From assembly GCA_964016885.1 (NCBI GenBank), contig OZ024742.1, positions 264,182,001-264,246,000 of the forward strand: a stretch of DNA of 64,000 nucleotides. Direction: 5' to 3'. The stretch's first letter is position 1; the number at the start of each line of letters is the position of its first letter. Positions 25,966 through 41,440 of this stretch are shown in pieces. The notes below the pieces were generated by a model that ran no database searches, was not told where the DNA came from, and saw only the letters and a list, made by a program, of their open reading frames with translations. This DNA comes from Eledone cirrhosa. Lineage: Eukaryota. Made by a program: the position numbers and the translations under genes.

Positions 25966-27104
25966 GATATGATATTGATAATGATGATGGTGATGATAAT
26001 GATGAAAAGTTTGTACATGCCCAGTTAATGATCTCTAAGTTTCTGATGCTGACACTTATAATAATTGTTTCTACTTTTGGCACAAGGCCAGCAATTACCC
26101 AATGCATTACTGGTACTTTATTTTATCGACCCCGTAAGGATGAAAGGCAAAGTTAACCTCGGCGGGATTTGAACTCAGATTGGAAAGGGCCATAACTCCA
26201 TGCATCAAAGCATGGCGTCTGACCCTCTACCGATACGGCCAATCCACTGCCCACTGACACTCATAATAATGATTTCTGATTTTGACTCAAGGCCAACAAT
26301 TTTCAGGGAGGGGAAAGTTGATTAAATTGAAGCCAGTGCATTACTGGCACATTATTTTATTGACCATGTAAGGATTAAAACCAAAGCTAATCTCAAATTT
26401 GAACTCAGAATGTAAAGGGATGTAACAATATGCCACAAATCATGTTTTCTGACTATCTGCTGCAACTGACTATCTACCACCCTTAATAATAATTGTTTCT
26501 ACATTAGGCACAAGGCCAGCAATTACCCAGTGTATTACTGGTACTTTATTTTATCGACCCCATAAGGATGAAAGGCAAAGTTAACCTCGGCGGGATTTGA
26601 ACTCAGAATGGCAAGGGCCGTAACTCTATGCGCCAAAGCATGGCATCCGACACTCTACCTATACTGCCAATCCACCGCCTATATAATAATGATAATGGTA
26701 TTATTTGACAACACTGGTGGACATCATGTTGTTATTGACAATATGTTATAGTGCTGGTGGTGGTGGTGGTGGTGATTGTGATGATGATAGTAGTGGTGGT
26801 GTAGATGTGACAGTGATGATGGTGGTGGGAATGGTGGTGGTGGTGAATATGGCATTGAGAGTGGTGGGTTTCTTGATGATGGTGGTGGTGTTGGTAATTA
26901 CAATTAAGACATCATTCTGATGATAAAGTAAAACAGGATAGTAAGAGATGAAATGCCTTTGATACAAGACTTCTTGATTAGGGGCTGACAATGGTGCTAA
27001 ACATCTACCATTTAATATGTATTTTACATGCTTTCATTGGTTAGATGAGTTGTCATATTATGTGACTAGACAAGTCAGGTGACCACACTTTGCTCATACA
27101 TTGA

Positions 27105-27385
27105 TTTGGGCTTAGTTTTCTTTAGCTGAATGCCCTTTCTAACACCAACCACCTTAAAGGGTGATTTAGCTGCCTTTTTTTGTGATACTGGTATGACTAC
27201 CTTACAGGGTGGGCTAGGTGCTCTTTTATCATGTCATAAGCACAGCCACCTTACAGGATGGACTGGATGCTTTTTATCATAGCATTAGAACTACCACCTT
27301 ACAGGGGGAACTTGGTGCTTTTTGTCATGGCTCCAGCAGTATCAGTTTAAATGGTAGAATGGGTGTGTTTTATCATGTCACATTT
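27105..27385 (-). repeat. Degenerate about 50-bp tandem repeat derived from a SINE segment
   Basis: About 5 units of accaccttacagggtggactgggtgctttttatcatg following gctgaatgcccttctaacaccaaccac, which matches the SINE at 44405-44440. Confidence 0.65.
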
Positions 27386-29433
27386 GCTACCTCATTATAA
27401 TATTAGGGTGTTTGCTGTGATCTTGGTCCAGCTGACAGGGGGGGGGGGGTGAGAAAAGGAATGTAAGATGAGTATGCAAAGGTCAGGTTACATGATATGA
27501 TGCTTGCTGAAAGCAAGTGACATGTCCTAGGGGTGGCCCTGAAAAGAGTGACTTACATTACACATTTCTGACAGTGTAGTTAGTTAGTTGGCTAGAGAAC
27601 TGGACAACTAGCCAAGGTATTACTAGTTCATAAACTGTTACCAGCTCTGCATTGAGTGTATGGCTCAAATATTTAACTGTTAACTGTTCCAGTACACCTA
27701 ACTATCAATAGATGTTTAGTGGTCATTGTCACCTTTAGCAAGATTGACACTCTAGGAAGATGGATTGGTATGAGAAGTATTCCAATGTATCTTAAAGTAC
27801 AGATCAGAAGGCATGGTTTTTTATACAAAAATAATTTATTCCTTTGATTGTTTTGAACACATTACAAAATGTATGCAGCAAGATTTTGTGTGTGTACATG
27901 CCAGCGAAATGAATGTTTCCTTTTTAGTAGGTCAAAAATGCAGTGAGACGGGCTCTAATTTATCCTTACCTATTGTCAGGGATTGGAACATTTTGTAAAA
28001 CAAAGATGATGGATAAATTGTAAATTCCTGAAAAGCCATCTAAAGAACTGCTCTCAATGTTAGAGAGGAAAATCAAAAACTGGGAAAGCTAGTTAAGAGC
28101 TGTTACACTACCAGTGCCCAAAGTGCAACTGGTTAGTTTTGCAAAAGGCGCGTTCTACTGGTGGTCGGAAATGGTCATTCGTAGTCATACATCACCAATC
28201 TTACAGGGCTGGCAACTGACCAAGCATGACCAAATTATACCACAGCGATAAAATAGTTCTATCCTATCTGTAACAGAATAGGAAAACAATTTGCTGCTTG
28301 TAGCAACATCAGCAATACTGTATGTTTCCACACGTGTGTATATGGGTATGTGTGCGTGTATAGTGTGTATGTGAGTGTGTTGTGTGTGTGTGTCTGTAGG
28401 TGTATGAGTGTATCCAAATATGTTACCGACAACAAAACAATAACAACAAAAAGCAATAACTAAAGAGAGATGAACATAGGGAAAGGCTATGGTCATATAG
28501 AAACATACTGGCTTGTAATTGTCCGCCCCCCCCCCATTTACATTTATATTAACATACATGCAACAGTTACTGGAATATTCCACTAAGTTGGTGTCCATTA
28601 TATACCACACTGGAACAGCTAAATAATACACACACATGCACACGTACACATGTATAAGGATACACACACAGGACATACACATACAAATACACACGTGTAC
28701 ACACTCATATACACACACATACTTTTATTTCTCTTATTCGTTTCTGTTATTTCTCTTAAATGATATTTCCAAACCGATCATATTGTACTATTGCTTATAT
28801 CTGACTGGTAATCATTTTATCGATCTATATTATATTGAATCAATAAGTTACGATTTTTACACCACTCTGATTTTACAGTGTAAATCTAATCCCCCATCCA
28901 TACACAATTTTTCTGGGTTGTTTCTTTCCCATTTTTATTACCGTGGGAATGAAAGCAACTAACTCTTGTCTTTTATTTCACGCCATGTATTCTCTTCACG
29001 CTCTGCTGATAATTAAGCAAACATATCATTCCCCAAACTACTACTACTACTGATGATGAGAATTTCTAAACAAGGGGAAAGGCAGTTACATTGACCCCAG
29101 TATGTGACTGGTACTTTATTTTATTGAATGGGAAAGGCAAAGTTAATCTCGGTGTGTTTTGAACTCAGAACCTAAAGAGTCCGAACAAGTACCAATGCTC
29201 TAAAGACTCTGCAACCCAGCGCCTTGTATAATACTACATCTAATAATAATGTTTCTACTTTTGGCACAAGGCCAGCAATTACCCCAGTACGTTACTGGTA
29301 CTTTATTTTATCAACCCCGTAAGGATGAAAGGCAAAGTTAACCTGGCGGCATTTGAATTCAGAACGTAAAGTGCCGTAACTCATATGCTGCAAAGCATGG
29401 TGTCTGATGCTCTAACGATACTGCCAAACCACA

Positions 29434-32050
29434 ATGATTTCTTTATTATTGGCCACAAGAGCCGAACATAGAGGACAATACAATGATGGGGACAGTGGGG
29501 GTTTAACGCAATCGAGTAAAAAAAATTCACAAAAACAATTAATCACAGAATTCCCCAATAGAAGGGTACAACTCAGGGGTGATGTTAGGAACCCCATAAA
29601 TCCCGACCCACTCTCATCTCCAAGAGCACCCTAGGAGAATGCTCAGAGGGGGCTTATTCACACGGGCTATCCTCGCAACAATCACTCACCTTTTAAGAAA
29701 TGTTCTGGGGAGCAGCATTTCTTTCTCCATCCTCATCTTCCTTTCATTTGTGTCCACCACACAACCTCTTTTGCTACAGCTATCAGACAGAGGAAAACTG
29801 CCGACCCTTCCCGGCCAAAAGCAGGCAGCGGGGAGATCCTAGCTATGGACTCAATCAATAGCCGGATCTATCCTAAACACAACAGCTGATTGACATAACT
29901 CCACAAGTCAGTAATTCATGGACACTGGACGAGTGCGTGTAGAACGGTTTCGTTGCTCTGTGCACATCTGAGGCAGGTCCGCTGACAGCACTTCTATCCC
30001 TGTAGAGTTCATCTTGAACCGGCATTGCCCACTGGTAGCATTGCAAAGCAAGGAATTTCTAGAAGGTATCCATATTACCCAGCTTGACTACCCACCGGAA
30101 CAGACTGGTCAGTTTGACTTTGTCAATGCCCAGAACCACTCTGGATGCATTGTCGCACTTGCCCACCACTAATCCTCTATAGAACTTGAAAGTGGATGAT
30201 CCATTGATTGCGTTGCCCACCTGGTAGAGGGCAGTAAACACCTGGCAACATTCCAGATGCCAGGTGCCCAGCCTCGGTCCCTTCTTGACCCAAGACTGCC
30301 GCTCAGTCAAGGAAACAAGCTGTGGAAAGGCTTGTCTCAGAAATAGTGACAAAACCTATTCACTGTTTAGGCAGAATATCTGGTGATACCACAGCCTCAG
30401 CACATGTTTTAACATCATTAGCCACGTAATGCCAAGCGCCCCCCCCCTACGTAGGTGCTAGCAGTATATGGACTGCCTCATCAATGGAACCTGTTCTCCT
30501 CCACAAGAAGTTGAAGAGGAGCTTTTCCAATTTGGCGAGGTGTGAATAGGGACAAGGCACGCCAGTCAAGCGGTAGTAAATGAGGGATGCAATGTACGCA
30601 TTTGCTACCGCCACCTGGCCTTTCAGGGACGGCTTCCTCTTGGCCAATTTCTGGGTCAGAGTGGCTACCCTGACCATGACGTCACCCCAATTCTTATCCA
30701 CCAGGAGATCTGGTCTGAACCAGACACCAAGCAACTTTACCGGCTCTCCATCCAACGCCCAACGATGCTGTTGGACAGCATGGACTTGCTTCTCCTGGTG
30801 ATAAGGGTGTGGTGTCTGGGAGTTTAGTTGTGTGTTCTTTTGTTCTTGTGTCTGTTGTGATTGTTTGCGTTTGGGGGATTTTGGAGGTGGTTTGGGTGGA
30901 GCTGGTGTTGTTGGGGAAGTGTTTGAGTTTGTTGTATGGGTGTTGTCTGCATTTTCTGTTGTGGATGTCTTTGTGATTGGTTGGGATTTTTTTGGTTTTC
31001 CTTTTTATTTTTTGATGTGAGGGTTAAGCTTTACCTCGTCTTCGTTACTGGAAGATGGGTGCTCTGTGTCTGTAATTGTGTTTGTGTCTAGGTGTGTGTT
31101 TGTATTTGTATCCATGCGTGCATTTTTGCGGGGAGGGAGAATGGGAGAGGTTTCCTCGTTTTTCTTCTGGGCTTTGCTGCTGGTGGTGTTGCCGGTGTTG
31201 GTATTGGTGGTGGTCCTTGCTCTGACGTCAGCAGTAGTGGGGACTTACAGCCCCTTGCATTTTTCAGTTGAGAGCAGAATGCCTTGTTTCACCACCGATG
31301 AAACAATGCGGTATCCGTCCCCTCCACAATCACCCGTTCCAGGTGCCACCGCATGTATAGTCCTGGGGGAATCCCGGGAATGCAGACTCTTACTGTTCAA
31401 TTTCCCATGTGGGAGGGGTACATAAAGACCTTGCTGGTTTTGTAAGGGGTCATTGCGTGTTTAATAGCCAGGGCTTCTGACTTAAACAGCACCAAAATGC
31501 TGCCGTATTGTCTGCCGCTCGCTATTTACTCAGTGTTATCACCAATGAACCTCAGCGCAGTTTCAATTTCAGCTTTGGGAATTATTGTTTCTTTTTTGAT
31601 CCTCACTGAAATGCATCTAAAATGCACCGTTCTTCTCTCCACCGCTTCTATAGCTTCCACCGGGACAGTGAAGTTCGCCCAGGTTTGCTCTTGTTTGGAT
31701 GAGCTTCCAGGCCTGCACCAACTTCTTATTTTATCATGGTGAAACATGGCTTCTTTGTGGCTGCTGCCGCAGTGAAAGTATTCTTGTTGGTGATATTGTT
31801 GTTAGTTTTGTCGTTGGTGTTGGTGGTGGTGTCGTTGTTATTCTCATATTTTTTTAATGCTATTCTTGGTGTTGGTGTTGTTAAGCATTCTGTTGTTCTT
31901 AGTGTAGTTGTTGTTTTCTGGGCTTGTTTCGTTGTTGCTGTTGGGTCTGTCGTTGGTAATATCGTTGTTGGTTTTGTTTTGTTATGGTTATCTCTTAGTC
32001 GTTGCATTATCCGTAATGGGAGGGGGGGGGGGTGTTTTTGCTCTCAATGT
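29434..32050 (-). mobile_element. L1/Tx1-like LINE, internally deleted (ORF1 relic joined to ORF2 3' end and 3' UTR)
   Basis: VKLLGVWF..KLEKLLFNFLW, plus CPRC..HALVQC-like Zn motif; 3' UTR homologous to 56060-56310 and 60125-60450; ORF1-like segment at 31500-31750 with a T/N-rich linker. Confidence 0.8.
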
Positions 32051-32284
32051 TTAAGCCGCTGGCACACAACAGCAGACATAGAGTTAGGGGGCGTGGCTCC
32101 GCCATGTTTTTTTTACGATAGATTTTTTAAAATAAAGTTGAATTATATGGTCTCAAAGGCCCAACTATTATGGGATCGCCTTAACACAGGGCCATGTGTA
32201 GCACTTTATGAATAGTTTGTGACAAAAATATAACAATGAATGTAAAGTAAAGACTTCAAAATTAATAACACTTGACATACCAAA

Positions 32285-32400
32285 GAACAACAAAACCCTC
32301 CGATACGTCCTGAATATCTGAGGCTGCAGGTAACGGTTTGATGTTCATTTGAACAAACTTTCCAGTTAAATAATATCAATGACTGAGACTACAAGAATAA
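32285..32400 (+). mobile_element. R4/Dong-like 3' terminal fragment
   Basis: accctccgatacgtcctgaatatctgaggctgcaggta is the reverse complement of 56412-56449; (TAA)n tail. Confidence 0.7.
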
Positions 32401-32739
32401 TAATGATAATAAAAATGTTTGTCTTTGTAATATATGCCAACACAATATTCTCTGTTAAATTGTTAAATCAAATTTAATTAATATTTAATACCATTCAAAT
32501 ATCCTTAACGCAAAATAAATTCATGTCTGTTATACACCTTAATGCTTCTTTTCATCTACTCCTACCATTTTATATTCTAATTTTTTTTTTTAATAACTTT
32601 TGTGATGTGACTTGTTAAGTGAATGTGAGGACGGAACCAAAGAAAAAAGCTAACGAAACTGTCAAAACCAACGATGTCTGCTGTAACTTAAGTATCTAGT
32701 AGTCATTGCACATAAAACAAAATCAAAGGAAATATGATA

Positions 32740-33345
32740 ATAATAATTGTTTCTACTTTTGGCACAGCGCATTACTGGTACTTTATTTTATCGACCCAGC
32801 AAATAATGGTTTCTTATATAGGTACAAGGCCAACAATTTGGGAGGAGGGGAAAGTCGATTAAACGACCCCAGTGCGTGGCTGGTAGTTTATTTTACCGAC
32901 CACGTAAGGATGAAAGGCAATGTTAATCTCGGCGGAATTTGAGCTCAAACCGTAAATGGCCGCAACTCCATGTTGAAAAGCATGGCACCGACCCTATACC
33001 GATACTGCCAGGTTTCTGATTTAGGCACAAGACCAACAATTTTTTTGGGGGGGAGTGGAAAGTCGATTATATCGACAACAGTACGTTATTGGTGCTTTAT
33101 TTCATCGACGGGATTTGAACACAGAAAGTAAAGGGCCGTAACTATATGCCACAAACATAATGTCCGATGCTCTAATGATACTGCCAATCCTCAGCCCTAA
33201 TAATAATAGTAATAATAATAATATTAGTTTCTGATGTAGACACAAGGCCAACAATTTTGGGAAAAGGGAAAATCGATTAAATCGACCCCAGTGCTTGGTG
33301 GTATTTTATTTTACCGACCCCGTAAGGGTGATAGGCAAATTGACT
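32740..33345 (-). mobile_element. Cluster of stacked SINE copies (long and short subfamilies)
   Basis: Repeated ggcacaaggcc..gtcgattaaatcgaccccagt..ggatttgaac motifs; similar relics at 26270-26485, 29060-29225, 45210-45715, 50275-50470. Confidence 0.75.
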
Positions 33346-33613
33346 CAAATATGATAGAGGAAGATATATACTCTTTTACCTGTTCCAGCCTGAACATGGC
33401 TGAGGCCATGCTGCGGAATCATTTTTTTTTTTTTGCTTGCAAAAAAATATTTATTGATCAAAGTTGGCTTGATAAGATTATACTAATGACCTCTGATAAT
33501 ATTAAAAGAATGGTCATAGCCCTCAACTTGGCTGCTAATGAAGATCAAATTTTTGCCAATGTATGGAATTTGAATATTTATATATATATATCTGTCTTCA
33601 GTCGTCACAACGA

Positions 33614-33676
<63 letters not shown>

Positions 33677-33974
33677 AAGAGAGAAAGTGGAATTGGAGAT
33701 AGCACGGAAAATATATTTAAGGATCGTTTTTCTTTGCAACAAGAAAGATGAACAGACCTTTTCAACACTTAATTTTAAATTTTAAATTCTTTTTAATTGT
33801 AATATTCAACATTTGACAAGATGGTTTACACTGATACATCGAAACCTGTTATGTTTTATATACATTATAAAACTCCTTTTTTTTAAAAAAGAATTGTTCC
33901 TCTCATTTTTTCAATAATGTCACAAATGACTCCTGTTTTGTGTAGAACCTTACTCCCTTTTCATATATATATAT

Positions 33975-34122
33975 ATTGGTGTTAGGAAGGGCATCCAGCT
34001 GTAGAAAACCCGCCAGATAGTCCTATGCGAGCAAGACAACCACTCTTGCCTCAAGTGGGAAAACCCCCGTCCAAACCCATGCAAGCGTGGAACAGGGACG
34101 TTAAACGATGATGATGATGATA
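33975..34122 (+). mobile_element. 3' part of a SINE with RTE-type (GAT)n tail
   Basis: ggtgttaggaagggcatccagc..gcaagcgtggaacagggacgttaaacgatgatgat; reverse copy at 44287-44435, short piece at 35032-35077. Confidence 0.8.
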
Positions 34123-34704
34123 GAGGGAGAGACTCTAACAGAGTCTATGATCCCATATAGCCATCTTAAATGTCTAGCCTCAATTTCCTCCCTCAACCCC
34201 AAAGTATTGGTATTTTCTATAGACTAGTCAGGTTATCTAAAAATATTCTTTTTTTTTAAAGTATGTTTCTCCTCCTTTCCCTCCTCCCCACCCTAATAAG
34301 ACGCTAGACCACTGCAGCTTATAATTGATGACTCAATTGAAGATTGTACACCTTGGCTCCTAACATCTACTCTATCACTGTCACTTAACTTTGGCAAGTT
34401 ATAATTCAATTTTTTTTAAAAGTACACCACAATTACTTCCCTTAGATAATTATGCTCCCTTATAGCCGCCATTTTAGATAAATAAGTTTGTTCTCCTTTA
34501 GAGCGTAATACGGATTAAGGTAGGAACTCCGATGTATATTTGCCTCTAAGCATTCCTCTGAAAGAATAATTATACCATTAATGGAGAAATTCGTTATGGT
34601 GTTGTACAGATTGGACTTTCCTCCAGCAACATCATTAAAGAGGGTTATGTTTCTTCTCTGAAGATTCTGAAGTGCATAATCTTTATAATATATATGCATA
34701 CGTA

Positions 34705-34748
<44 letters not shown>

Positions 34749-34980
34749 GACCTGTTGTATTGTAATTGTACTTTAGATGAAACACTGTGTAAGGAGTGAA
34801 TCTTGTTTTTAAATGTATTGCCTCCTACTCGATATATTTTCGCTTTAATATATATATATATATATTCAAATCTGAGTTCAAATCCCGCCGAGGTTAACTT
34901 TGCCTTTCATCCTTATGGGGTCGATAAAATAAAGTACCAGTAATACACTGGGTAATTGCTGGCCTTGTGCCAAAAGTAGA

Positions 34981-35031
<51 letters not shown>

Positions 35032-35086
35032 ATCATCATCATCGTTTAACGTCCATCTTCCACGCTTGCATGGGTTTGTATGTATG

Positions 35087-35117
<31 letters not shown>

Positions 35118-35150
35118 GTATGTATATGTATGTATGTATGTATGTATGTA

Positions 35151-35184
<34 letters not shown>

Positions 35185-35268
35185 TGTATGTAATTGTATG
35201 TATGTATGTGTATGTATGTATATATATGTATATATATATATATATGTATGTATGTATGTATATGTATG

Positions 35269-35319
<51 letters not shown>

Positions 35320-35330
35320 ATGTATGTATG

Positions 35331-35367
<37 letters not shown>

Positions 35368-35582
35368 GTATATATATGTATATATATATATGTGTATGTA
35401 TATATATATGTATGTATGTATATATATATGTATGTATGCATGTATATATATATGTATGTATGTATATATATGTATGTATGTATATGTATGTATGTATATA
35501 TATGTATGTATGTATATATATATATGTATGTATATATATATATGTATGTATATATATAGGTATGCATATATATATATGTATG

Positions 35583-35615
<33 letters not shown>

Positions 35616-35630
35616 ATATATATATATATA

Positions 35631-35834
35631 GGAACGAGTAAGACCCCGACAGCTGAGCTCAAGCCGTTTCGACGGCTAATTCTGGACTCAGAATTCTCGT
35701 CCAGAATTAGCCGTCGAAACGGCTTGAGCTCAGCTGTCGGGGTCTTACTCGTTCCTATTACCCACTCTACTACCTCAAGTATTGAGTACTTTGGTGCGTT
35801 ATGGTCCACCTGGTTCCTTACCACATTTCCTTCG

Positions 35835-35836
<2 letters not shown>
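35631..35836 (+). mobile_element. Half-hammerhead element, copy 3, with perfect 57-bp fold-back
   Basis: 35631-35687 is the exact reverse complement of 35699-35755, with an 11-nt spacer. Confidence 0.8.
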
Positions 35837-35876
<40 letters not shown>

Positions 35877-35943
35877 ATATATATGTATGTATGTATATAT
35901 ATATGTATGTATGTATATATATATGTATGTATGTATATATATG

Positions 35944-35975
<32 letters not shown>

Positions 35976-36200
35976 TATATATGTATGTATATATATATAT
36001 GTATGTATATATATGTTTTCTCTTTCTCTTAATTTTGAGTATATTTTTTTGACCGGCCACCTTCCTGATGGCAAGGTTGTAAAAGAAAAGAAATTGTCAT
36101 CCCTTGAATCGCAAGAATGTTTTGCAAATTTTGAAGGTGCCAGCTATCATATATATGTATGTATATATATATATATATGTATATATATATGTATGTATAT

Positions 36201-36238
<38 letters not shown>

Positions 36239-36327
36239 GTATATATACGTATGTATATATATATATATATGTATATATATATTTGTATGTATATATATAT
36301 ATGTATATATATATATATGTGTATGTG

Positions 36328-36372
<45 letters not shown>

Positions 36373-36411
36373 ATATATATATATGTATATATATATATGT
36401 ATGTATGTATA

Positions 36412-36447
<36 letters not shown>

Positions 36448-36473
36448 TGTATGTATGTATGTATGTATGTATG

Positions 36474-36509
<36 letters not shown>

Positions 36510-37052
36510 TGTATATATATGTATATATATATATATGTACGTATGTATATATATATATATATATACATATATGCATGTATGTATGTATATATGTATGTAT
36601 GTATATATATATGTATGTATGTATGTATATATATATATATGTATGTATATATATATATATATGTATGTATTTATATATATATATATGTATGTATGTATGT
36701 ATATATATATGTATATATATATATGTATGTATATATATATATGTATATATATATGTATGTATGTATGTATATATATATGTGTATATATATGTATGTATAT
36801 ATATATATGTATATATATATGTATGTATGTATGTATATATATATGTGTATACATATATGTATATATATATATGTATATATATATATATGTATATGTATAT
36901 ATATATGTATATATATATGTATGTATCTATATATATATGTATATATATATATATATGTATGTATGTATATATATATGTATGTATATATATATATATGTAT
37001 GTATGTATATATATATATGTATAATATATATGTATATATATATATATGTATA

Positions 37053-37086
<34 letters not shown>

Positions 37087-37107
37087 GTATATATATATAT
37101 ATGTATA

Positions 37108-37139
<32 letters not shown>

Positions 37140-37181
37140 GTATATATATATATATGTATAATATATATATATATATATATG

Positions 37182-37231
<50 letters not shown>

Positions 37232-37540
37232 AATATATATAGATATATATATATGTATATATATATGTATGTATAATAAATATAATAAATAAATAACAAA
37301 GAACGCTTATAGCATATGCATATCTTTACTTGCTAACATTGTTTCATCCACATATACGGCTCCCACTGGTTGAGCTTAAACTTTGATACACGCGGATTTG
37401 CATCCTTGTATATTATCATGGATAAGTGGAGTGTTATACACCCCTGATCCTTTCCCTAGCATACTATATGTATGCATGTATGTATGTATATATATATGTA
37501 TGTATGTATGTATATATATATGTATATATATATATGTATG

Positions 37541-37609
<69 letters not shown>

Positions 37610-37610
37610 G

Positions 37611-37672
<62 letters not shown>

Positions 37673-37674
37673 TG

Positions 37675-37719
<45 letters not shown>

Positions 37720-37968
37720 ATATATATGTATATATATATGTATGTATGTATGTATGTATATATATATATGTATATATATATATATGTATGTATGTATGTA
37801 TATATATATATGTATGTATGTACGTATATATATATATATGTATATGTATGTATATATGTATATATATATATGTATATATATGTATGTATGTATATATATA
37901 TATGTGTATATATATGTATATATATATATATGTATATATATGTATGTATGTATATATATGTATTTATG

Positions 37969-38001
<33 letters not shown>

Positions 38002-38235
38002 GTATGTATATATGTATATATATATATATATGTATATATATATGTGTTTGTATGTATATATGTATATATATATATATATGTATATATGTGTACGTATGTA
38101 TATATGTATATATATATATATATGTATATATATGTATGTATGTATATATATGTATTTATGTATGTATATATATATATGTATATATATATATGTATGTATG
38201 TATGTATATATATATATGTATATATATATATATCC

Positions 38236-38748
38236 GGGAGAGATGACCCCTTAGCCTTTGTCAAGGCAGAATTCTAGGAGAAGGAAAACTCTGATATAAC
38301 ACCTGCAACCCTGATGGTATCCAATGATGTTGACTTGTTCTTCTTTTTGGTAAATATCATCTTGGTTAAGAGAGTGGGACTGGCTTTGTGCAATGCCTTT
38401 GCTCACTATAAAAGCTTCATGGCACAGGCATTGCTTTATATCTGGAGATCTCTCTGCACTTGTCATCACATGGTACCATGGGCCCAGCACTGTGTGTCAA
38501 TAATTGTCACAGGTGTAGTGTTTGTACCAGAGCTTTCAAGTCGCTGGCTGGACTAAAAAGTCACACTCGTTCAGCGCATCGGTAGGGGTTCTCCTACATG
38601 GATATAAAGTAGTGGCCGTACTCGAAAACGAGTTGGCAGCCACCATATGTATATATATATATGTATGTAATATATATATATATGTACGTATGTATATATA
38701 TATATGTATATATATATATGTATATATATATATGTATATATATATATG

Positions 38749-38839
<91 letters not shown>

Positions 38840-38874
38840 GTGTACGTATGTATATATGTATATATATATATATG

Positions 38875-38923
<49 letters not shown>

Positions 38924-39305
38924 GTATGTATGTATATATATGTATATATATATATATGTATCTATGTATGTATATATATATGTATATATATATATGTATG
39001 TATATATGTATATATATGTATGTATGTATGTATGTATATATATATATGTATATATATATATTTATGTATGTATATATATATATGTATATATATTTATGTA
39101 TGTATATATATATATGTATATATATATATGTATGTAATATATATATATGTATGTATGTATATATATATATGTATATATATATATGTATATATATATATAT
39201 GTATATATATATGTATATATATATATGTATATATATATGTATTTATATATATATATGTGTATATATATATATATGTATATATATGTATATATATATATAT
39301 GTATG

Positions 39306-39391
<86 letters not shown>

Positions 39392-39445
39392 TGTATATGT
39401 ATGTATATATATATATATATGTATATATATATGTATGTATATATG

Positions 39446-39502
<57 letters not shown>

Positions 39503-39507
39503 GTATG

Positions 39508-39540
<33 letters not shown>

Positions 39541-39545
39541 GTATG

Positions 39546-39578
<33 letters not shown>

Positions 39579-39595
39579 GTATATATATATGTATG

Positions 39596-39626
<31 letters not shown>

Positions 39627-39643
39627 GTATTTATATATGTATG

Positions 39644-39674
<31 letters not shown>

Positions 39675-39709
39675 GTATATATATATGTATGTATATATAT
39701 ATATGTATG

Positions 39710-39742
<33 letters not shown>

Positions 39743-39746
39743 GTAT

Positions 39747-39780
<34 letters not shown>

Positions 39781-40710
39781 GTACATACATGTATATATAT
39801 ATGTATGTATGTATATATATGTATGTATGTATGAGAGATGACCCCTTAGCCTTTGTCAAGGCAGAATTTTAGGAGAAGGAAACCTCTGATATAACACCTG
39901 CAACTCTGATGGTATCCAATGATGTTGACTTGTTCTTCTTTTTGGTAAATATCATCTTGGTTAAGAGAGTGGGACTGGCTTTGTGCAGTGCCTTTGCTCA
40001 CTATAAAAGCTTCACGGCACAGGCATTGCTTTATATCTGGAGATCTCTCAGCACTTGTCGTCACATGGTACCATGGGCCCAGCACTATGTGTCAATAATT
40101 GACACAAGTGTAGTGTTTGATCCAGAGTTTTCAAGTCGCTGGCTGGACTAAAAAGTCACACTCGTTCTGCGCATCGGTAGGGGTTCTCCTACATGGATAT
40201 AAAGTAGTGGCCGTACTCGAAAACGAGTTGGCAGCCACCATGTATGTATGTATGTATGTATGTATGTATCTTGGCGACTAAACTGGCAACCCCACCAAGG
40301 TTTCTTGGTGAGGAGGGTGACTTTGGACATCCTGCAGGACTAAAAACAAAACCTGTCAAAGGGCAAAGGAGCTCTTAAGAGTAAATGGCCATCCAAAATC
40401 ACATGGAGAGATGACCCCTTAGCCTTTGTCAAGGCAGAATTCTAGGAGAAAGAAAACTCTGATATAACACCTGCAACCCTGATGGTATCCAATGATGTTG
40501 ACTTGTTCTTCTTTTTGGTAAATATCATCTTGGTTAAGAGAGTGGGACTGGCTTTGTGCAGTACTTTTGCTCACTATAAAAGCTTCATGGCACAGGCATT
40601 GCTTTATATCTGGAGATCTCTCTGCACTTGTCGTCACATGGTTCCATGGGCCGAGCACTATGTGTCAATAATAAGTAGTGGCCATACTCGAAAACGAGTT
40701 GGCAGCCACT
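38236..40710 (+). mobile_element. Three tandem copies of a non-autonomous RTE-derived unit (38236-38646, 39834-40241, 40270-40710)
   Basis: RTE-type leader ctaggagaaggaaaactctgat, C-terminal C2H2 finger [22 protein letters not shown], 3' hairpin gtggcc-ctcg aaaa cgag-gccac, (TATG)n tails; no RT. Confidence 0.7.
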
Positions 40711-40713
40711 ATG

Positions 40714-40762
<49 letters not shown>

Positions 40763-40767
40763 ATATT

Positions 40768-40800
<33 letters not shown>

Positions 40801-40851
40801 ATATATGTATGTATGTATATATATATATGTATGTATATATATATATGTATT

Positions 40852-40894
<43 letters not shown>

Positions 40895-41332
40895 ATATAT
40901 ATATGTATTTATGTATATATATATATATATGTATGTATGTATGTGTATATATATATATGTATGTATGTGTATATATATATGTATGTATGTATATATATAT
41001 ATGTATGTTTGTGTATATATATATGTATGTATGTGTATATATATATGTATGTATGTGTATATATATATGTATGTATGTATGTATATATATATATATGTAT
41101 GTATGTATATATATATACGTATGTATATATATATCTATGTATGTATATATATATATATGTATGTATGTATATATATATATATGTATGTATATATGTATGT
41201 ATGTATATATATATATATGTATGTATGTATATATGTATGTATGTATATATATATATATATGTATGTATGTATATATATATGTATGTATGTATATATATAT
41301 ATATGTATGTATGTGTATATATATATGTATGT

Positions 41333-41366
<34 letters not shown>

Positions 41367-41406
41367 GTATATATATATGTATGTATATATATATATATGT
41401 ATGTAT

Positions 41407-41440
<34 letters not shown>

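Noticed and set aside
28185-29005. Chain of possible small minus-strand exons (about 28964-29005, 28557-28618, 28185-28268)
   Set aside because: The splice signals are plausible, but the joined peptide is short, resembles no family I recognise, and could arise by chance.
34430-34525. YY1-like GCCGCCATTTT / ATGGCGGC start and an 18-nt plus-strand micro-exon candidate
   Set aside because: Single short motifs with no connectable gene model.
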